A stretch of DNA of 64,000 bases from Pseudomonadota bacterium (GTDB taxonomy: Bacteria > Bdellovibrionota_B > Oligoflexia > Oligoflexales > CAIMVM01): assembly GCA_037142195.1 (NCBI GenBank), contig JBAXBA010000002.1:1-64000 (forward strand). Reading direction: 5' to 3'. The position numbers and the translations under genes were made by a program. Under the pieces are notes generated by a model. The model saw only the letters and a list, made by a program, of their open reading frames with translations. It was not told where the DNA came from and ran no database searches. Below, in pieces: positions 48,673-59,509 of this stretch (the stretch's first letter is position 1; every line of letters starts with the position of its first letter).

Positions 48673-50018
48673 TTCTTTTTGCCCTCACAGAACAGTGCCG
48701 CTTCTAATAATGAATGGCCGATATAAGCAATCATGTCCTTTTCTAAACCAGGCCAAATACCCACAAAAAAAGAGCTGTTCATAATTCGGTCTGTGTTTTT
48801 TAGGTCACCATGAATACTATGTGGAATATGAATATAGGCGGGCTGTTTAAGAAGATTGCCTCCAAACAAAAGTCTAGTTCCTATCTTTTTTTCACTTAGG
48901 AAATTTAATATGTCTTTACGATTGATGTGAGGATCTTTGAGGGTTAAAAGATACCCGAACCAAGACGGGGTGGCTCCTGGAATTACTTCCGGAATTTCAA
49001 AGTAGCGTAAAGCCCCATTCTTCTCTAATTCCTGAGTAAGAAACTCGAAATTCTCATTTCGTTTCATAATAAAACCGGGAAGCTTCTTGAGTTGAGATAG
49101 ACCGATAGCAGCCTGCATATCTGTTACTTTAAGATTATAGCCAATATGAGAGTAGGTGTACTTGTGATCATAGCCCTTAGGAAGATTTCCTAACTGCCAT
49201 TCATAACGTTTACCACAGGTTCCCTCTTCTGCAGGAGCACAGTAACAATCTCTTCCCCAATCTCTAAAACTTTCAGCGAATTTCTTCACAGAAGGTGAGT
49301 TAGTCATGACTGCCCCGCCTTCGCCCATTGTGATATGGTGAGCTGGATAAAAACTACAAGTAGCCACATCTCCAAAGGTTCCGACGTTCTTGCCATTAAT
49401 CTTAGCGCCCAATGCATCACAACAGTCTTCTATGAACCAAATGCCTCTCTTTTTGCAAAGAGCTGCAATACCCTCCGCATCAAATGGGTTCCCCAAGGTG
49501 TGGGCAATCATAACCAGTTTAGTGCGCGGAGTGATGGCGGCTTCGACTGCTTCCAAAGTTACATTATGAGTCGCCATATCCACATCAATAAATCTTGGAA
49601 TCATGCCAAATTGAAGCGCTGGATTTACTGTAGTCGGAAATGCGCAGGCTGGAGTAATAAACTCATCGCCTGGTTTAAGAGCTCTATCTTTAAAAAAAGG
49701 GCTTGTTAGAGCTGAAAAAGCTACTAGGTTTGCACTTGACCCAGAATTAACCAAAAGGCAATACTTGGTGCCAAAAAATTGCGCAAACTTCGACTCAAAA
49801 TCTTTGGAAAACCTGCCTGATGTTAGCCACATATCTAGAGAAGCCTCGATCAATTGCCCAAGGTCTTCCGCGTCAAGAACCTTGCCATTGGCAGGAAGGA
49901 AATGCGCCCCAGGCTGAAAATTTTTTTCAGAATTTACAATAGAAAAATATCTAGCGCTGAGGGTCAATATCTGATTTTTAACTTCAGCGGCCTCTTTGGT
50001 ATGCATATTGAATCCCAT
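48669..50018 (-). CDS. rfbH: CDP-6-deoxy-D-xylo-4-hexulose 3-dehydrase (E1, DdhC)
   Basis: [31 protein letters not shown] (His in place of Lys), WGRDCYC...TCG Fe-S motif. Confidence 0.93.
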   Translation of the reverse strand: MGFNMHTKEAAEVKNQILTLSARYFSIVNSEKNFQPGAHFLPANGKVLDAEDLGQLIEASLDMWLTSGRFSKDFESKFAQFFGTKYCLLVNSGSSANLVAFSALTSPFFKDRALKPGDEFITPACAFPTTVNPALQFGMIPRFIDVDMATHNVTLEAVEAAITPRTKLVMIAHTLGNPFDAEGIAALCKKRGIWFIEDCCDALGAKINGKNVGTFGDVATCSFYPAHHITMGEGGAVMTNSPSVKKFAESFRDWGRDCYCAPAEEGTCGKRYEWQLGNLPKGYDHKYTYSHIGYNLKVTDMQAAIGLSQLKKLPGFIMKRNENFEFLTQELEKNGALRYFEIPEVIPGATPSWFGYLLTLKDPHINRKDILNFLSEKKIGTRLLFGGNLLKQPAYIHIPHSIHGDLKNTDRIMNSSFFVGIWPGLEKDMIAYIGHSLLEAALFCEGKKK

Positions 50019-50214
50019 TAAAACCTCATACTACAAAATAACTTAACTTAAGAACAGAGAAGCTTCGCCAGTGGCAGTTAGAAAATCAGCTTAAATTGGA
50101 CTAAACATGATCTGGGATATGCAGATGGCATAAAAATCCCAAATTCGAAGCAAAATAGACTGAGCCAGCATGGAGAAATCAAAATTACAACTTACCTAGG
50201 TTTCAAAAAATACA

Positions 50215-51207
50215 TTGCATTCGAAATACAATGACAATATGCTACCAATCAAACATGCTGCGGGAAAGATAATGTTACATATTACAATACTTTCCCCATG
50301 CTTTAATGAAGAGTCTAATGTTGAAGAGTTCTTTCAAAGAGTTAGTACTCAATTTAAGACCCTAAATGAGTATAGTTTTGATGTATTGTTTATAGATAAT
50401 TGCTCTACAGATAATACAGTTCAAATTATTACAAAGCTGATTGAATCGAATTCAAATATAAGGTTAATTGTAAATAGTCGAAACTTTGGTCATATCCGAT
50501 CTCCGTATTACGGATTATTGCAAACAGATGCCGATGCGACAATTCTTTTGGCATCTGACCTACAAGACCCACCTGAGTTGATTCCATTACTGCTAAATAA
50601 ATGGCGGCATGGGTTTCCCATTGTTAAGGCTGTAAAAAATAAGTCACACGAAACTGCATCTATGTATCTTATAAGAACGGCTTATTATAAGTTGTTAGCA
50701 AAATTGACAAACCTTGTCCTGACTGAGCATTATACAGGTAGTGGACTCTACGACCGTTCGATAATTTCAATATTTAAAAAAATCAATGACCCTTATCCCT
50801 ATTTTAGAGGCCTAGTTTCTGATATTGGATTTGATTTTGCAATAGTGGAATTTACCCAGCCAAAGAGAGTACGGGGACTTACCAAAAATAATTTTTATAC
50901 ACTGTATGATATGGCAATGTTAGGAATAACGAATCATTCAAAGGTACCCCTTAGAATCGCTACTTTTTTAGGATTTCTAATGAGCATTGGAAGCATATCA
51001 ATAGGACTAGTTTATTTTGTTTTAAAGATAATTTATTGGGAAAGATTTCAAGCTGGAGTTCTTCCTATAATGCTCGGGATCTTTTTCTTTGGCTCAGTCC
51101 AACTTTTATTTTTAGGTATTATTGGCGAGTACATCGGAAATATTCACACTCAAGTACAAAACAGGCCGTTAGTTCTTGAGAAGAAGCGAGTCAATTTCGC
51201 CACATGA
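50215..51207 (+). CDS. GT2 polyprenyl-phosphate glycosyltransferase (GtrB/ArnC-like)
   Basis: SPCFNEE, IDNCSTD, SRNFG, DLQDPPELIP, two C-terminal TMs, GIIGEYIG. True start may be 50272. Confidence 0.88.
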   Translation: MHSKYNDNMLPIKHAAGKIMLHITILSPCFNEESNVEEFFQRVSTQFKTLNEYSFDVLFIDNCSTDNTVQIITKLIESNSNIRLIVNSRNFGHIRSPYYGLLQTDADATILLASDLQDPPELIPLLLNKWRHGFPIVKAVKNKSHETASMYLIRTAYYKLLAKLTNLVLTEHYTGSGLYDRSIISIFKKINDPYPYFRGLVSDIGFDFAIVEFTQPKRVRGLTKNNFYTLYDMAMLGITNHSKVPLRIATFLGFLMSIGSISIGLVYFVLKIIYWERFQAGVLPIMLGIFFFGSVQLLFLGIIGEYIGNIHTQVQNRPLVLEKKRVNFAT

Positions 51208-52490
51208 CTAAAATTTTTCGGCAAATTTCGCAAAAGAATCTTGGAATTTTGTCACCTAATATGTTTAGGGCTAGAATGCAATTTAAGTTGAATTTAGAAA
51301 AAATTGATCTCTATAAACTCTTTTTTTCGACATTCTTTGTTTCTTTAACTATTGGATATGTTGCTTATTATTTTTTTTCAGGCTCATTTCAAGACACATC
51401 GACAGTCCCAGCTGGCAAAATTATAGGCGGTGATTTTGAGATAATCGCACGAGAAGGCCACAATTTTCTAATGGGATTACCATTTGTAGGGACCGGCCAT
51501 CCCCCGCTTGAAAATATACTTCTCGGCCTATTTAAGCTACTTTTTGGCTCAAAACATGCGTATTTTATATTTATAACTTTTTCTCTGATGTGTTTTTTAG
51601 CTTCAATTTTTATCGCTAATAGAATTACTTCGGCGAAATCTTCATTTCACCTAATTTCATTTTTGCCATTTATATTTGTTTATCCTATTCTTTTCAACCT
51701 CGAGAGAGGCAATACCGATTCAATTTCATTACTATTTATTGTGTTATTCCTATTCTTTTCACAAAAGAAAAATATTTTTTTGGCATCTACAAGCATATTT
51801 ATTGCGTACAACCTAAAAATATACCCAATAGTTTTTCTACCTATTTTCTTGATCCATTTCGGTCTTCTTAGGACTTGCGCGCTGGCCTTTATGATTCAGT
51901 TCGGCCTTATGACGTCGGGTATAGAAGGCCTCATAGAAATGATTAAATCTATAGGAGAACTGGCATCAAATCCGTATATATGGGATGGCAATCACTCTGC
52001 GATTTCCTTTGCTACGAAGCATTTTCCAAACAAAATTAACGAAGTTGCAAATTTGATAATTGTAGGCCTCACTATAAGCCTCATCGGGATAACTTTAGAT
52101 CAACTTTTTTACCGAAGAAGGCCTTCGAACCAAAATACGAGCGCCGGTGAAAGAATGGATCCTCTTTCAATACAAATAAAATCTTTGATCGGCCTAATGT
52201 TTATTTCTTGCTCTTTGATTCCTGGAACAAGCCACGACTATAGACTTCTAATTCAAGTTGCGCCTTGGCTACTAATTTTACCAAACAGTCTCCAAATTGG
52301 TGAAAAATTCAACCAGCAGAGTTGGCTGCAGAATCTAGATAAAATTTGTATTTTTGGAATAACAATCGCAACTTCGTCGCTTTTCTTTCCTAGAAACTTC
52401 TTTCTTGATAAAACAGCATTGCTCTTAGTAATGGCGGGGTGCTATTTAACAATTTACTTAAGTCAAATCCTTCAAAGGAGAGTACAATAA
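51204..52490 (+). CDS. multi-TM GT-C fold glycosyltransferase (GT87/DUF2029-like)
   Basis: HPP, LERGNTD, LKIYP and HDY motifs in a polytopic membrane protein. Confidence 0.7.
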   Translation: MTKIFRQISQKNLGILSPNMFRARMQFKLNLEKIDLYKLFFSTFFVSLTIGYVAYYFFSGSFQDTSTVPAGKIIGGDFEIIAREGHNFLMGLPFVGTGHPPLENILLGLFKLLFGSKHAYFIFITFSLMCFLASIFIANRITSAKSSFHLISFLPFIFVYPILFNLERGNTDSISLLFIVLFLFFSQKKNIFLASTSIFIAYNLKIYPIVFLPIFLIHFGLLRTCALAFMIQFGLMTSGIEGLIEMIKSIGELASNPYIWDGNHSAISFATKHFPNKINEVANLIIVGLTISLIGITLDQLFYRRRPSNQNTSAGERMDPLSIQIKSLIGLMFISCSLIPGTSHDYRLLIQVAPWLLILPNSLQIGEKFNQQSWLQNLDKICIFGITIATSSLFFPRNFFLDKTALLLVMAGCYLTIYLSQILQRRVQ

Positions 52491-52652
52491 ATCGCTTTTG
52501 CTATTCAATACGCAGGTAACCATTGTCACGCTGAACTAAGAATTAAATGTTTTGAAAATCTATGGCTTGACAATTTTTTCAGCAATTCCTAGTATGCCCC
52601 TTAGAAAATATGTACTTCATCTGCTGAAGATTAGGAATTCTTGAGGGTAACA

Positions 52653-54464
52653 ATGTGTGGTTTCTTTGCGACTAATTATAAAGTTCAAGATGTAAATAAA
52701 CTGTTAGAAGCTTGTAGCTATCGGGGCCCCGATTCTAGCAGCCATCTGCTCCTTGATGGGATAGTTTTCGGATTCAATAGACTGGCAATTATTGATTTAA
52801 ACGAACGAGCTAATCAACCTTTTTGGTCGAGCTGTGGCAGATACGTCCTGTTGTTCAATGGCGAAATTTATAATTGTGCCGAATTGAAAGGCCATCTCAA
52901 ACTACCCGAGGAATCTTATACCACAAGTTCAGACACAGAAGTATTGATGAATTACCTTATTAAGTTCGGCTTAGAAGGGGCTGAAAAACTAAATGGAATG
53001 TTTGCATTCGTATTTTATGACAAGGAAACTAAAAATATTATTGTAGCAAGAGACAGGTTTGGGGTTAAACCTTTATTTTATTCCGTTGATGGCGATAAGT
53101 TTCTATTTACTTCTGATCCTAAAATTGCCCACTTAGTCACAGATCTCAAACCCAATCTGCCATTAGTACAAAACTATGTTGCATACCGCTTTCTTCCCAC
53201 AAAATTTAACCTATTTTCTAATTTGGTTTCCCTTCATCCGGGAACTGCTTTACTAAAAACCAAAATCAGTCAGTTTAAGACTCATTGTTGGACTGATTTA
53301 GGCCAGAATCTTGAGAAGAAAGACTACTCCAGCACAACTATCGAAAAATCTACGGAGTTTGTAGAGAGACTTCTAAAAAATTCTTTGATTTCGCAAATGA
53401 ACGCTGATGTACCTGTTGGCTTTTTTTTGAGCGGTGGACTCGATTCAAGTTTATTGGTAGCCATTGCAGCCAAAGAATCCTCCGAAAGAATTAGGACCTT
53501 TTCGATAACATTTTCAGACTATGAACATTCAGAAACTCAATACCAAAGATTAGTATCCTCTAAGTTTAACACAATACATGAAGAGATGGATGTCAGCCAT
53601 GAGTCCTACTACAAGTCATACCTAGAATGTACTAGTAAAGGATTCCAACCAATCCTAATCCCCAATTATGTGTGTGTTTATCAACTAGCTCAAAATGCTA
53701 AAAGGAGCGTTAAGGTACTCCTTAGTGGAGAAGGAGCGGATGAGGTTTTCGGGGGATATCATAGATATTCTGATTTGCTCCTTGCTAAACACATTAAGAC
53801 CATGAAGTTACAAGGTATTTTTAAAATTCTTGCTTTGATTAAGTCAAGTTTAGGAAGATTTTCTAATATTGAACAGCCAGATGAGTTCTTCAATAGCCAA
53901 AAGACATACTTTCAAAAAACTGATCAAGTTCATTTTTTTAAACAACCACCGGTTCAATTCACTAATCAGTATGAATTATCTTGGAATGATTTGAATACCG
54001 CTCTTCTCGAAGATCAACAAACTTATATGTTAGGTTTACTTAATAGAGTCGATCAAATGACAATGCTTGCTAGCATCGAAAGTAGGGTGCCCTACCTCGA
54101 CATTGATCTGGTTAATTATGTCAACAGCTTAAGGTTTGAGGACAAAGTAGGCATAAGAAGCCCAAAAAAGATTTTATATAATATTGGTCGAACTTATTTA
54201 CCAAAAGAAATTCTGGAAAGACCCAAGATTGGGTTTTCAGTGCCCATTTCAGATTGGTTTACCGGGCAAAAATTGATGGGGGAATTGAAATATATTTTAC
54301 TAGAAGAGAGAAGCAGGAAACGAAATTTGATCGATTATGTTAAACTGGAAGAAGTTTTTTCCTCGGCTGAGCTAACAAAAAAATATGGTGAATCCTTGAT
54401 TTTCCCAATGCTAAGCATAGAGTTATGGCTTAGAAATTTAGAAGATTCACCAATTCTCAATTAG
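52653..54464 (+). CDS. asnB: asparagine synthetase-like glutamine amidotransferase (polysaccharide amidation)
   Basis: MCG N-terminus, RGPD, RLAIID, FNGEIYN, LSGGLDSS, SGEGADEVFGGY, ESRVPYLD. Confidence 0.88.
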   Translation: MCGFFATNYKVQDVNKLLEACSYRGPDSSSHLLLDGIVFGFNRLAIIDLNERANQPFWSSCGRYVLLFNGEIYNCAELKGHLKLPEESYTTSSDTEVLMNYLIKFGLEGAEKLNGMFAFVFYDKETKNIIVARDRFGVKPLFYSVDGDKFLFTSDPKIAHLVTDLKPNLPLVQNYVAYRFLPTKFNLFSNLVSLHPGTALLKTKISQFKTHCWTDLGQNLEKKDYSSTTIEKSTEFVERLLKNSLISQMNADVPVGFFLSGGLDSSLLVAIAAKESSERIRTFSITFSDYEHSETQYQRLVSSKFNTIHEEMDVSHESYYKSYLECTSKGFQPILIPNYVCVYQLAQNAKRSVKVLLSGEGADEVFGGYHRYSDLLLAKHIKTMKLQGIFKILALIKSSLGRFSNIEQPDEFFNSQKTYFQKTDQVHFFKQPPVQFTNQYELSWNDLNTALLEDQQTYMLGLLNRVDQMTMLASIESRVPYLDIDLVNYVNSLRFEDKVGIRSPKKILYNIGRTYLPKEILERPKIGFSVPISDWFTGQKLMGELKYILLEERSRKRNLIDYVKLEEVFSSAELTKKYGESLIFPMLSIELWLRNLEDSPILN

Positions 54465-54480
54465 GCGCTTTGAAAATTTA

Positions 54481-56217
54481 ATGTTTTTAATTCATGATAG
54501 TTTTTTTGAAATTAGAATAGACAGGGGATGTGAGCTCCAACTACACATTCCAAATTCTTATACTGCTAACGTATTATTTAATCCCGACTTCTGCATAGTG
54601 GAGTTTTTTTTTAACACAGGAAATATTTTTCGGGTTTTTGAAATCAAACTTGTAGGAGTGGAAGAAAGATTTATTGTAGTTTCCCGGGGAAATCGCTTTA
54701 TAGAATTTGTGTCATCACAAGAGAAACTGACAGTAGCACAAATAATCGAATTTTCATTTTGGAACGATTGCGCTTTGTTTTCATTTGGGCAAAGATCACT
54801 AATATTCAAGTCATACTGTAATCGGGCAGCTTCGATACCATTGTTTTGGACCAAGAGTTCTGAATCATTTATTTTGTCGAATTCACATGTTCCTTTATAT
54901 TCGGCGAGTTCAAGAAAATTTTCAAGAGTAGGAATTTTAGAGTCACTTTTATTTGATCACACTTTAGGAAATCGAACGCTATTTGACGATATTTTTCAGC
55001 AATCGGCTGGACATTTCTTGTCGCTTGATCTAAAGTCCAACCAAGTGAGCTCAGCTCGCTATAACAGCATTTCACTATCACATAATCAAGCGCAAAAAGC
55101 TAAATCTGACATTTTTGAGGGCACAAGTACATTAGAGAAAATACTTTTGTCCTCATTAACAAACATAGACAAAGACTTTAAGCTTGGAATTCCACTGTCT
55201 GGTGGATTAGATTCGCGAGCTATAGTTTACCAAAGCTATCAAAAATTTAAATTTGAAACACTGACCTATGGCCAAGAGCACTCTTTTGAGTTTTCCAATG
55301 CTGATGCCGTTGCAAAAGCCTTGGATCTAGTGAACCACAAGTATATATTAGACAACAAACACTACTTGAATACTCATATAGAATCCTGTGTTTATTCCGG
55401 CGGAATTTCACATCTTATGCATAGCCATTTATCCTCAGCAATAGCTTCAAATAGTTTTAAAGGAGTGGTTATTGGCTTTATGGGTGATCCCATTGCAGGC
55501 TCAGCGCAGCATATCAATTTCCAGGGAAAAGGTTTCGAAGACTTTGCTGACGCATTGTTGAAATATAGGAAGATTGGCCTTAAGGACCTAAAAAACATTT
55601 TCTCGACAAGTGATGAAGCTGAAATCGTTGAAGATTTGCGAGATCTATATATAGACATTAAGGATCTATGTCCCCACGAACGACTTCTTGAATATTATTT
55701 TATAGTCATCAGGCAGTCAAAACTGATTTCAAGTATTTTCAATAGCATCCTTTCTCAGAAAATTCAGATCTTCTATCCTTTTATGGATGATAGATTCGCT
55801 CGTTTTTTCCTGGAACTAGGATACGATGACCGATTAAATCGAAAGTTCTACAAGGAATGTATTAGGGAAATGGAATCAAAGTTTTTTTCTAATTTTGGTT
55901 TAGATATAGCTTTTCCAAAAACAAGATTGTACGGGATGAACGCAAAAGCCGCTCGAACTTGCCAGTCGCTAGTTGAGTTAATTTCTATGGGAAAGTTTTC
56001 TTTATCTAATCCATTTTTGACAGAAAATCCAAACTCCGTCCTTAATAATTGTCTAAAAAATATCTATAGTGAGTCACTTTCCGTCTGCGAAGCTAATGGT
56101 ATTATAAATCAGGAGCTTGCAAAAAAGATTCAAGGGCCATTTTTAACAACTGCCTGGACCCATTCAGCTTTCAGGATTATTAGCATTAAAAAAATGATTG
56201 ACTATTTCAGTATCTAA
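54481..56217 (+). CDS. asparagine synthase-related protein (divergent, no N-terminal Cys)
   Basis: PLSGGLDSR, GFMGD, YPFMD. Confidence 0.72.
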   Translation: MFLIHDSFFEIRIDRGCELQLHIPNSYTANVLFNPDFCIVEFFFNTGNIFRVFEIKLVGVEERFIVVSRGNRFIEFVSSQEKLTVAQIIEFSFWNDCALFSFGQRSLIFKSYCNRAASIPLFWTKSSESFILSNSHVPLYSASSRKFSRVGILESLLFDHTLGNRTLFDDIFQQSAGHFLSLDLKSNQVSSARYNSISLSHNQAQKAKSDIFEGTSTLEKILLSSLTNIDKDFKLGIPLSGGLDSRAIVYQSYQKFKFETLTYGQEHSFEFSNADAVAKALDLVNHKYILDNKHYLNTHIESCVYSGGISHLMHSHLSSAIASNSFKGVVIGFMGDPIAGSAQHINFQGKGFEDFADALLKYRKIGLKDLKNIFSTSDEAEIVEDLRDLYIDIKDLCPHERLLEYYFIVIRQSKLISSIFNSILSQKIQIFYPFMDDRFARFFLELGYDDRLNRKFYKECIREMESKFFSNFGLDIAFPKTRLYGMNAKAARTCQSLVELISMGKFSLSNPFLTENPNSVLNNCLKNIYSESLSVCEANGIINQELAKKIQGPFLTTAWTHSAFRIISIKKMIDYFSI

Positions 56218-56360
56218 AGTTCGACATTGTTGAGTTACAACTGTTGAGCGGCTGTTGAGCGACAATGAAAAACGGCAATTTTTCGATTTGAATTTTAACG
56301 CCTGGTTCATTGACTGTCTTAAAATAGCGCGCGGCACACAGTTCTTGCCACTTAAGTGCT

Positions 56361-57437
56361 CTACCTTGAAATGCCACCTAATAGTTCCATCACATACCTG
56401 CCTCGTGAATAGATATCATGCCCATCTGCCCAAACTCGACTAAGTATGCGCTCTCGCATTTTCCTAATTCGATTGGCATCACCCTTAAGACCGGTCACCT
56501 TTGCGACGAGTTCTTCAGGGCTAGAGAAAAAAAGTGCTTCCTCACCACTTTCAAACAATGACTCTAGATCACTAGTACGCTCTGAAACTAATATAGTGCC
56601 AGCGGCAGGAATTTCGAAACACCGTCTCGTATAGGTATCTCGATTAAGTTTAGATAGAAAACAAAGAGCCATTGGTGAGCAGTTTAAAGCCAAATTATAT
56701 TCATCTCCCCAAAGTGGGCGAACATCCTTCAATTTAGAAAAAACTTTATGTTTCGAAATGATCTTTCCCCAACCAGAACTACCACTTTCGATATGCCCAA
56801 ACAATCTTACGTTAATCCCTTGTTCTAACAATCTAGCTAACGCCTCATCTCTTCCGTCATCTTCAAAATGACCGATAAAGACAATATCCCCGCCGTATTT
56901 CTCGACATCTTGATTCGAGGGACCAACTGGTCTGTTAACTTCCGGTATGAACCAACTTCGCAAAAGCTCTGATCTAGGGGATCCAGCGAGTTCAAAGTCT
57001 TTAAGATTTTTATGCCGATAAGCAAAGGCGATATCTAAAATTGGAAGAGACGCATTGAAATGCCTCCATAGTAGAGGACTCGCCTCAGGGCTAAATGGAT
57101 CATCATTATTGTATGCAACAACAATAATCTGGGGAAATATTTGTCTTATTTGGCGAATCGTAGCGGCCAAAATATGGGTGCCTCGGTATATAAACAAAAC
57201 TTCCGGCAAATGTTCTCTAACTAATTCAACCAGGTCATCGTTAAGTTTACTGACAATGGGACCTATCAAATATTTATTTTGGAACCTTCTACAAAATTTA
57301 TGGATTGGGCGAGAGCCGCCTGAAAAGTAAGGGTACCACTTGAAAGGGATAACATTTGCACCTGCCTTTTCCAAAGCAATTGCTAAAGGAACCTCATGTA
57401 TTTTTGAATGCCAGTCGCCCGCTAATACTACTTTCAT
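56361..57437 (-). CDS. glycosyltransferase (CgeB/Glyco_trans_1_2-like)
   Basis: YNNDDPF, FIGHFEDDGR, RDTYTRRCFEIPAAG. Confidence 0.85.
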   Translation of the reverse strand: MKVVLAGDWHSKIHEVPLAIALEKAGANVIPFKWYPYFSGGSRPIHKFCRRFQNKYLIGPIVSKLNDDLVELVREHLPEVLFIYRGTHILAATIRQIRQIFPQIIVVAYNNDDPFSPEASPLLWRHFNASLPILDIAFAYRHKNLKDFELAGSPRSELLRSWFIPEVNRPVGPSNQDVEKYGGDIVFIGHFEDDGRDEALARLLEQGINVRLFGHIESGSSGWGKIISKHKVFSKLKDVRPLWGDEYNLALNCSPMALCFLSKLNRDTYTRRCFEIPAAGTILVSERTSDLESLFESGEEALFFSSPEELVAKVTGLKGDANRIRKMRERILSRVWADGHDIYSRGRYVMELLGGISR

Positions 57438-57445
57438 AAACCAGC

Positions 57446-58468
57446 CTATAATTTGGGGGTGTATCCCAATCTATTTTTTATCAAAAGAATTAAACGATTT
57501 GTCCTCTTAGGGCCCAAAAAAGAAAGTACAATAAAGTAGAACCAGAAATAAATACTGGTCGCAAAACCTAATTTAGCTAATTTAATAGTATAACCTAGAA
57601 AAACTAAAAAACTCTGGTTAGCCTGAATTGAAAGTAGTGGGTAAGAATACGCTCTCATGTCTTTCATTATTATTGAAAATAAATTTGGATAGTCTTGACT
57701 AATATCTTTTGCAATCCTGATTAGACCCTCAATGAAATGGATGCTGCTTTCAGGTGTCTGAACTCCTGGAACAAACTTGCCTTTCTCCAATTCGGAATTT
57801 CCAAAATCAGGCGTTCCTCCTGTCCTGTAGAGAGCGACGGACCTTGGTGAATACACTCCTTCTCGTTGTAGCAGAACTTTAGAAACTAAATAAAGCTGAT
57901 AGAGGAGAGTGCCATCAAATCGATCTGTTGCTACTAAATTAGCTGTCTCTCTATGAATACCGAGGCCGGATATAACCACAAAACGTCTAAAAAAAACGCC
58001 GACTGTCTCTATTCCTGGTGGGAACACTTGAAAATTAGGGAAATATCTAAACAACTCGCCAGGAGAATCTTTAGAGCCAGAAAAACTTCTATAGGTTCTT
58101 AAAAAAGCCCCAGGATTCTCTGCCTTATTTAAACAATCAGCTATATGGCTTAACGCTCCAACTTCAAGTAGATCGTCATTACCAACAAAAACACAAAAAT
58201 CTCCTTGAGATTTAGATACAAGTTCCCTAAAATTTCTGTCGTATCCGAAGTTTTTATAGTTTTCGAAATACCTTATTTTCGATGGGTTTGAAATAAGATA
58301 CTCTTGTGTAATTAATCTGATACTCTCTCGCTGGGGAGAGAAGTCTTCACATATGACAATCTCAAAATCCTCAAAATCTTGGCTCAGAATGGATTCCAAG
58401 AGTTCTGTCAAGTTCTCAGCTCTATTGTATGCTGGAATACATACGGAAATCAGGGGATGACTTTTCAA
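57446..58468 (-). CDS. GT2 glycosyltransferase (dideoxyhexosyltransferase/RfbV-like)
   Basis: ISVCIPAYNR, NFGYDRN, GNDD; co-located with ddh genes. Confidence 0.8.
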   Translation of the reverse strand: MKSHPLISVCIPAYNRAENLTELLESILSQDFEDFEIVICEDFSPQRESIRLITQEYLISNPSKIRYFENYKNFGYDRNFRELVSKSQGDFCVFVGNDDLLEVGALSHIADCLNKAENPGAFLRTYRSFSGSKDSPGELFRYFPNFQVFPPGIETVGVFFRRFVVISGLGIHRETANLVATDRFDGTLLYQLYLVSKVLLQREGVYSPRSVALYRTGGTPDFGNSELEKGKFVPGVQTPESSIHFIEGLIRIAKDISQDYPNLFSIIMKDMRAYSYPLLSIQANQSFLVFLGYTIKLAKLGFATSIYFWFYFIVLSFLGPKRTNRLILLIKNRLGYTPKL

Positions 58469-58491
58469 AATGACTCCAAGTTATACAATTT

Positions 58492-59505
58492 TTAAATTGC
58501 TCTAATCCTATCAAGTAACTCTGCATTAACAATCTGCCAACCAAATTTAAATTGATCAAATTTATAGGAATCTATTGTTTCCAAAATACCATCTTTCGTT
58601 GAATACTTAATGCAATTAAGGTCCAAAAATTCCCGGTGGGAGGCAATATCAGAAACAACTAGCTTTTTATTGAACTGCGCGGCCTCTGCTAAGGCATTTG
58701 AAGAATTTTCGATTTCAGAAAATGAAATGTAGGCAAAACTATTCTTCAGAACTCCTAAGACTTCAGTATGTGGCAAAACACCCATCCATTCCAGAGACTT
58801 ATGTTTTAAAGCCGCCAGCTCGGGGACCTCACCGATAATTTTCAATTTTAAATCTTTGTATAAATTAGAATTGTCTAAAAACCACGATATCAACAAATCT
58901 AGTCTCTTATAAGAATAAGTGCCTATAGCCACAAAATAACGATTACTATCGTTAGATGGCGCTATAATATTGGGTTTCTCATTTTCTAATCCATTCTTCG
59001 ATATGTGAATTATATCAGAACTAACATCCAATTTAGTAATCAGAGACATAGTAAACTTAGATTCACACGACCACAAATCAACAAATTTAACGCTTCTTTT
59101 GAAAAAAAATCCGAGTATAAAAAATCGAACTCTATCAAAAAAAGAAAGTACAATTCCATCGGTTTTAAGGCTCAATGCGTTACTGACATGCAAAATTTGA
59201 ATACGCGCGAACCTTTTATTCAATGGAATGCCGTAGCTATACCAAATATCTACATTTCCAACCATTTTCAAAATTCGGGATTTGTAAGACTCTAAGTTGC
59301 AAATTTTAGCAAATTTAGTTTTTTCGATTTTCAAGACTCTATTTTGGGGCCAATTTTCAAGATCGGCAGCACTTGGAACCAAAAATAAAACATTCTCCCA
59401 ATCACTGAAGTAATCCAAATATGCCCGCAATCTCTTTAAACCACCCCCAACGGGACTTGACGAAAAATCAAAGACTATTGAAGTGGAGCTGTCAATCTTC
59501 ATCAT
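58492..59505 (-). CDS. GT4-like glycosyltransferase
   Basis: GGG near the N-terminus, YKRLD, SEIENSSNALAEA, VSDIASHRE. Confidence 0.75.
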   Translation of the reverse strand: MMKIDSSTSIVFDFSSSPVGGGLKRLRAYLDYFSDWENVLFLVPSAADLENWPQNRVLKIEKTKFAKICNLESYKSRILKMVGNVDIWYSYGIPLNKRFARIQILHVSNALSLKTDGIVLSFFDRVRFFILGFFFKRSVKFVDLWSCESKFTMSLITKLDVSSDIIHISKNGLENEKPNIIAPSNDSNRYFVAIGTYSYKRLDLLISWFLDNSNLYKDLKLKIIGEVPELAALKHKSLEWMGVLPHTEVLGVLKNSFAYISFSEIENSSNALAEAAQFNKKLVVSDIASHREFLDLNCIKYSTKDGILETIDSYKFDQFKFGWQIVNAELLDRIRAI

Positions 59506-59509
59506 TGTC

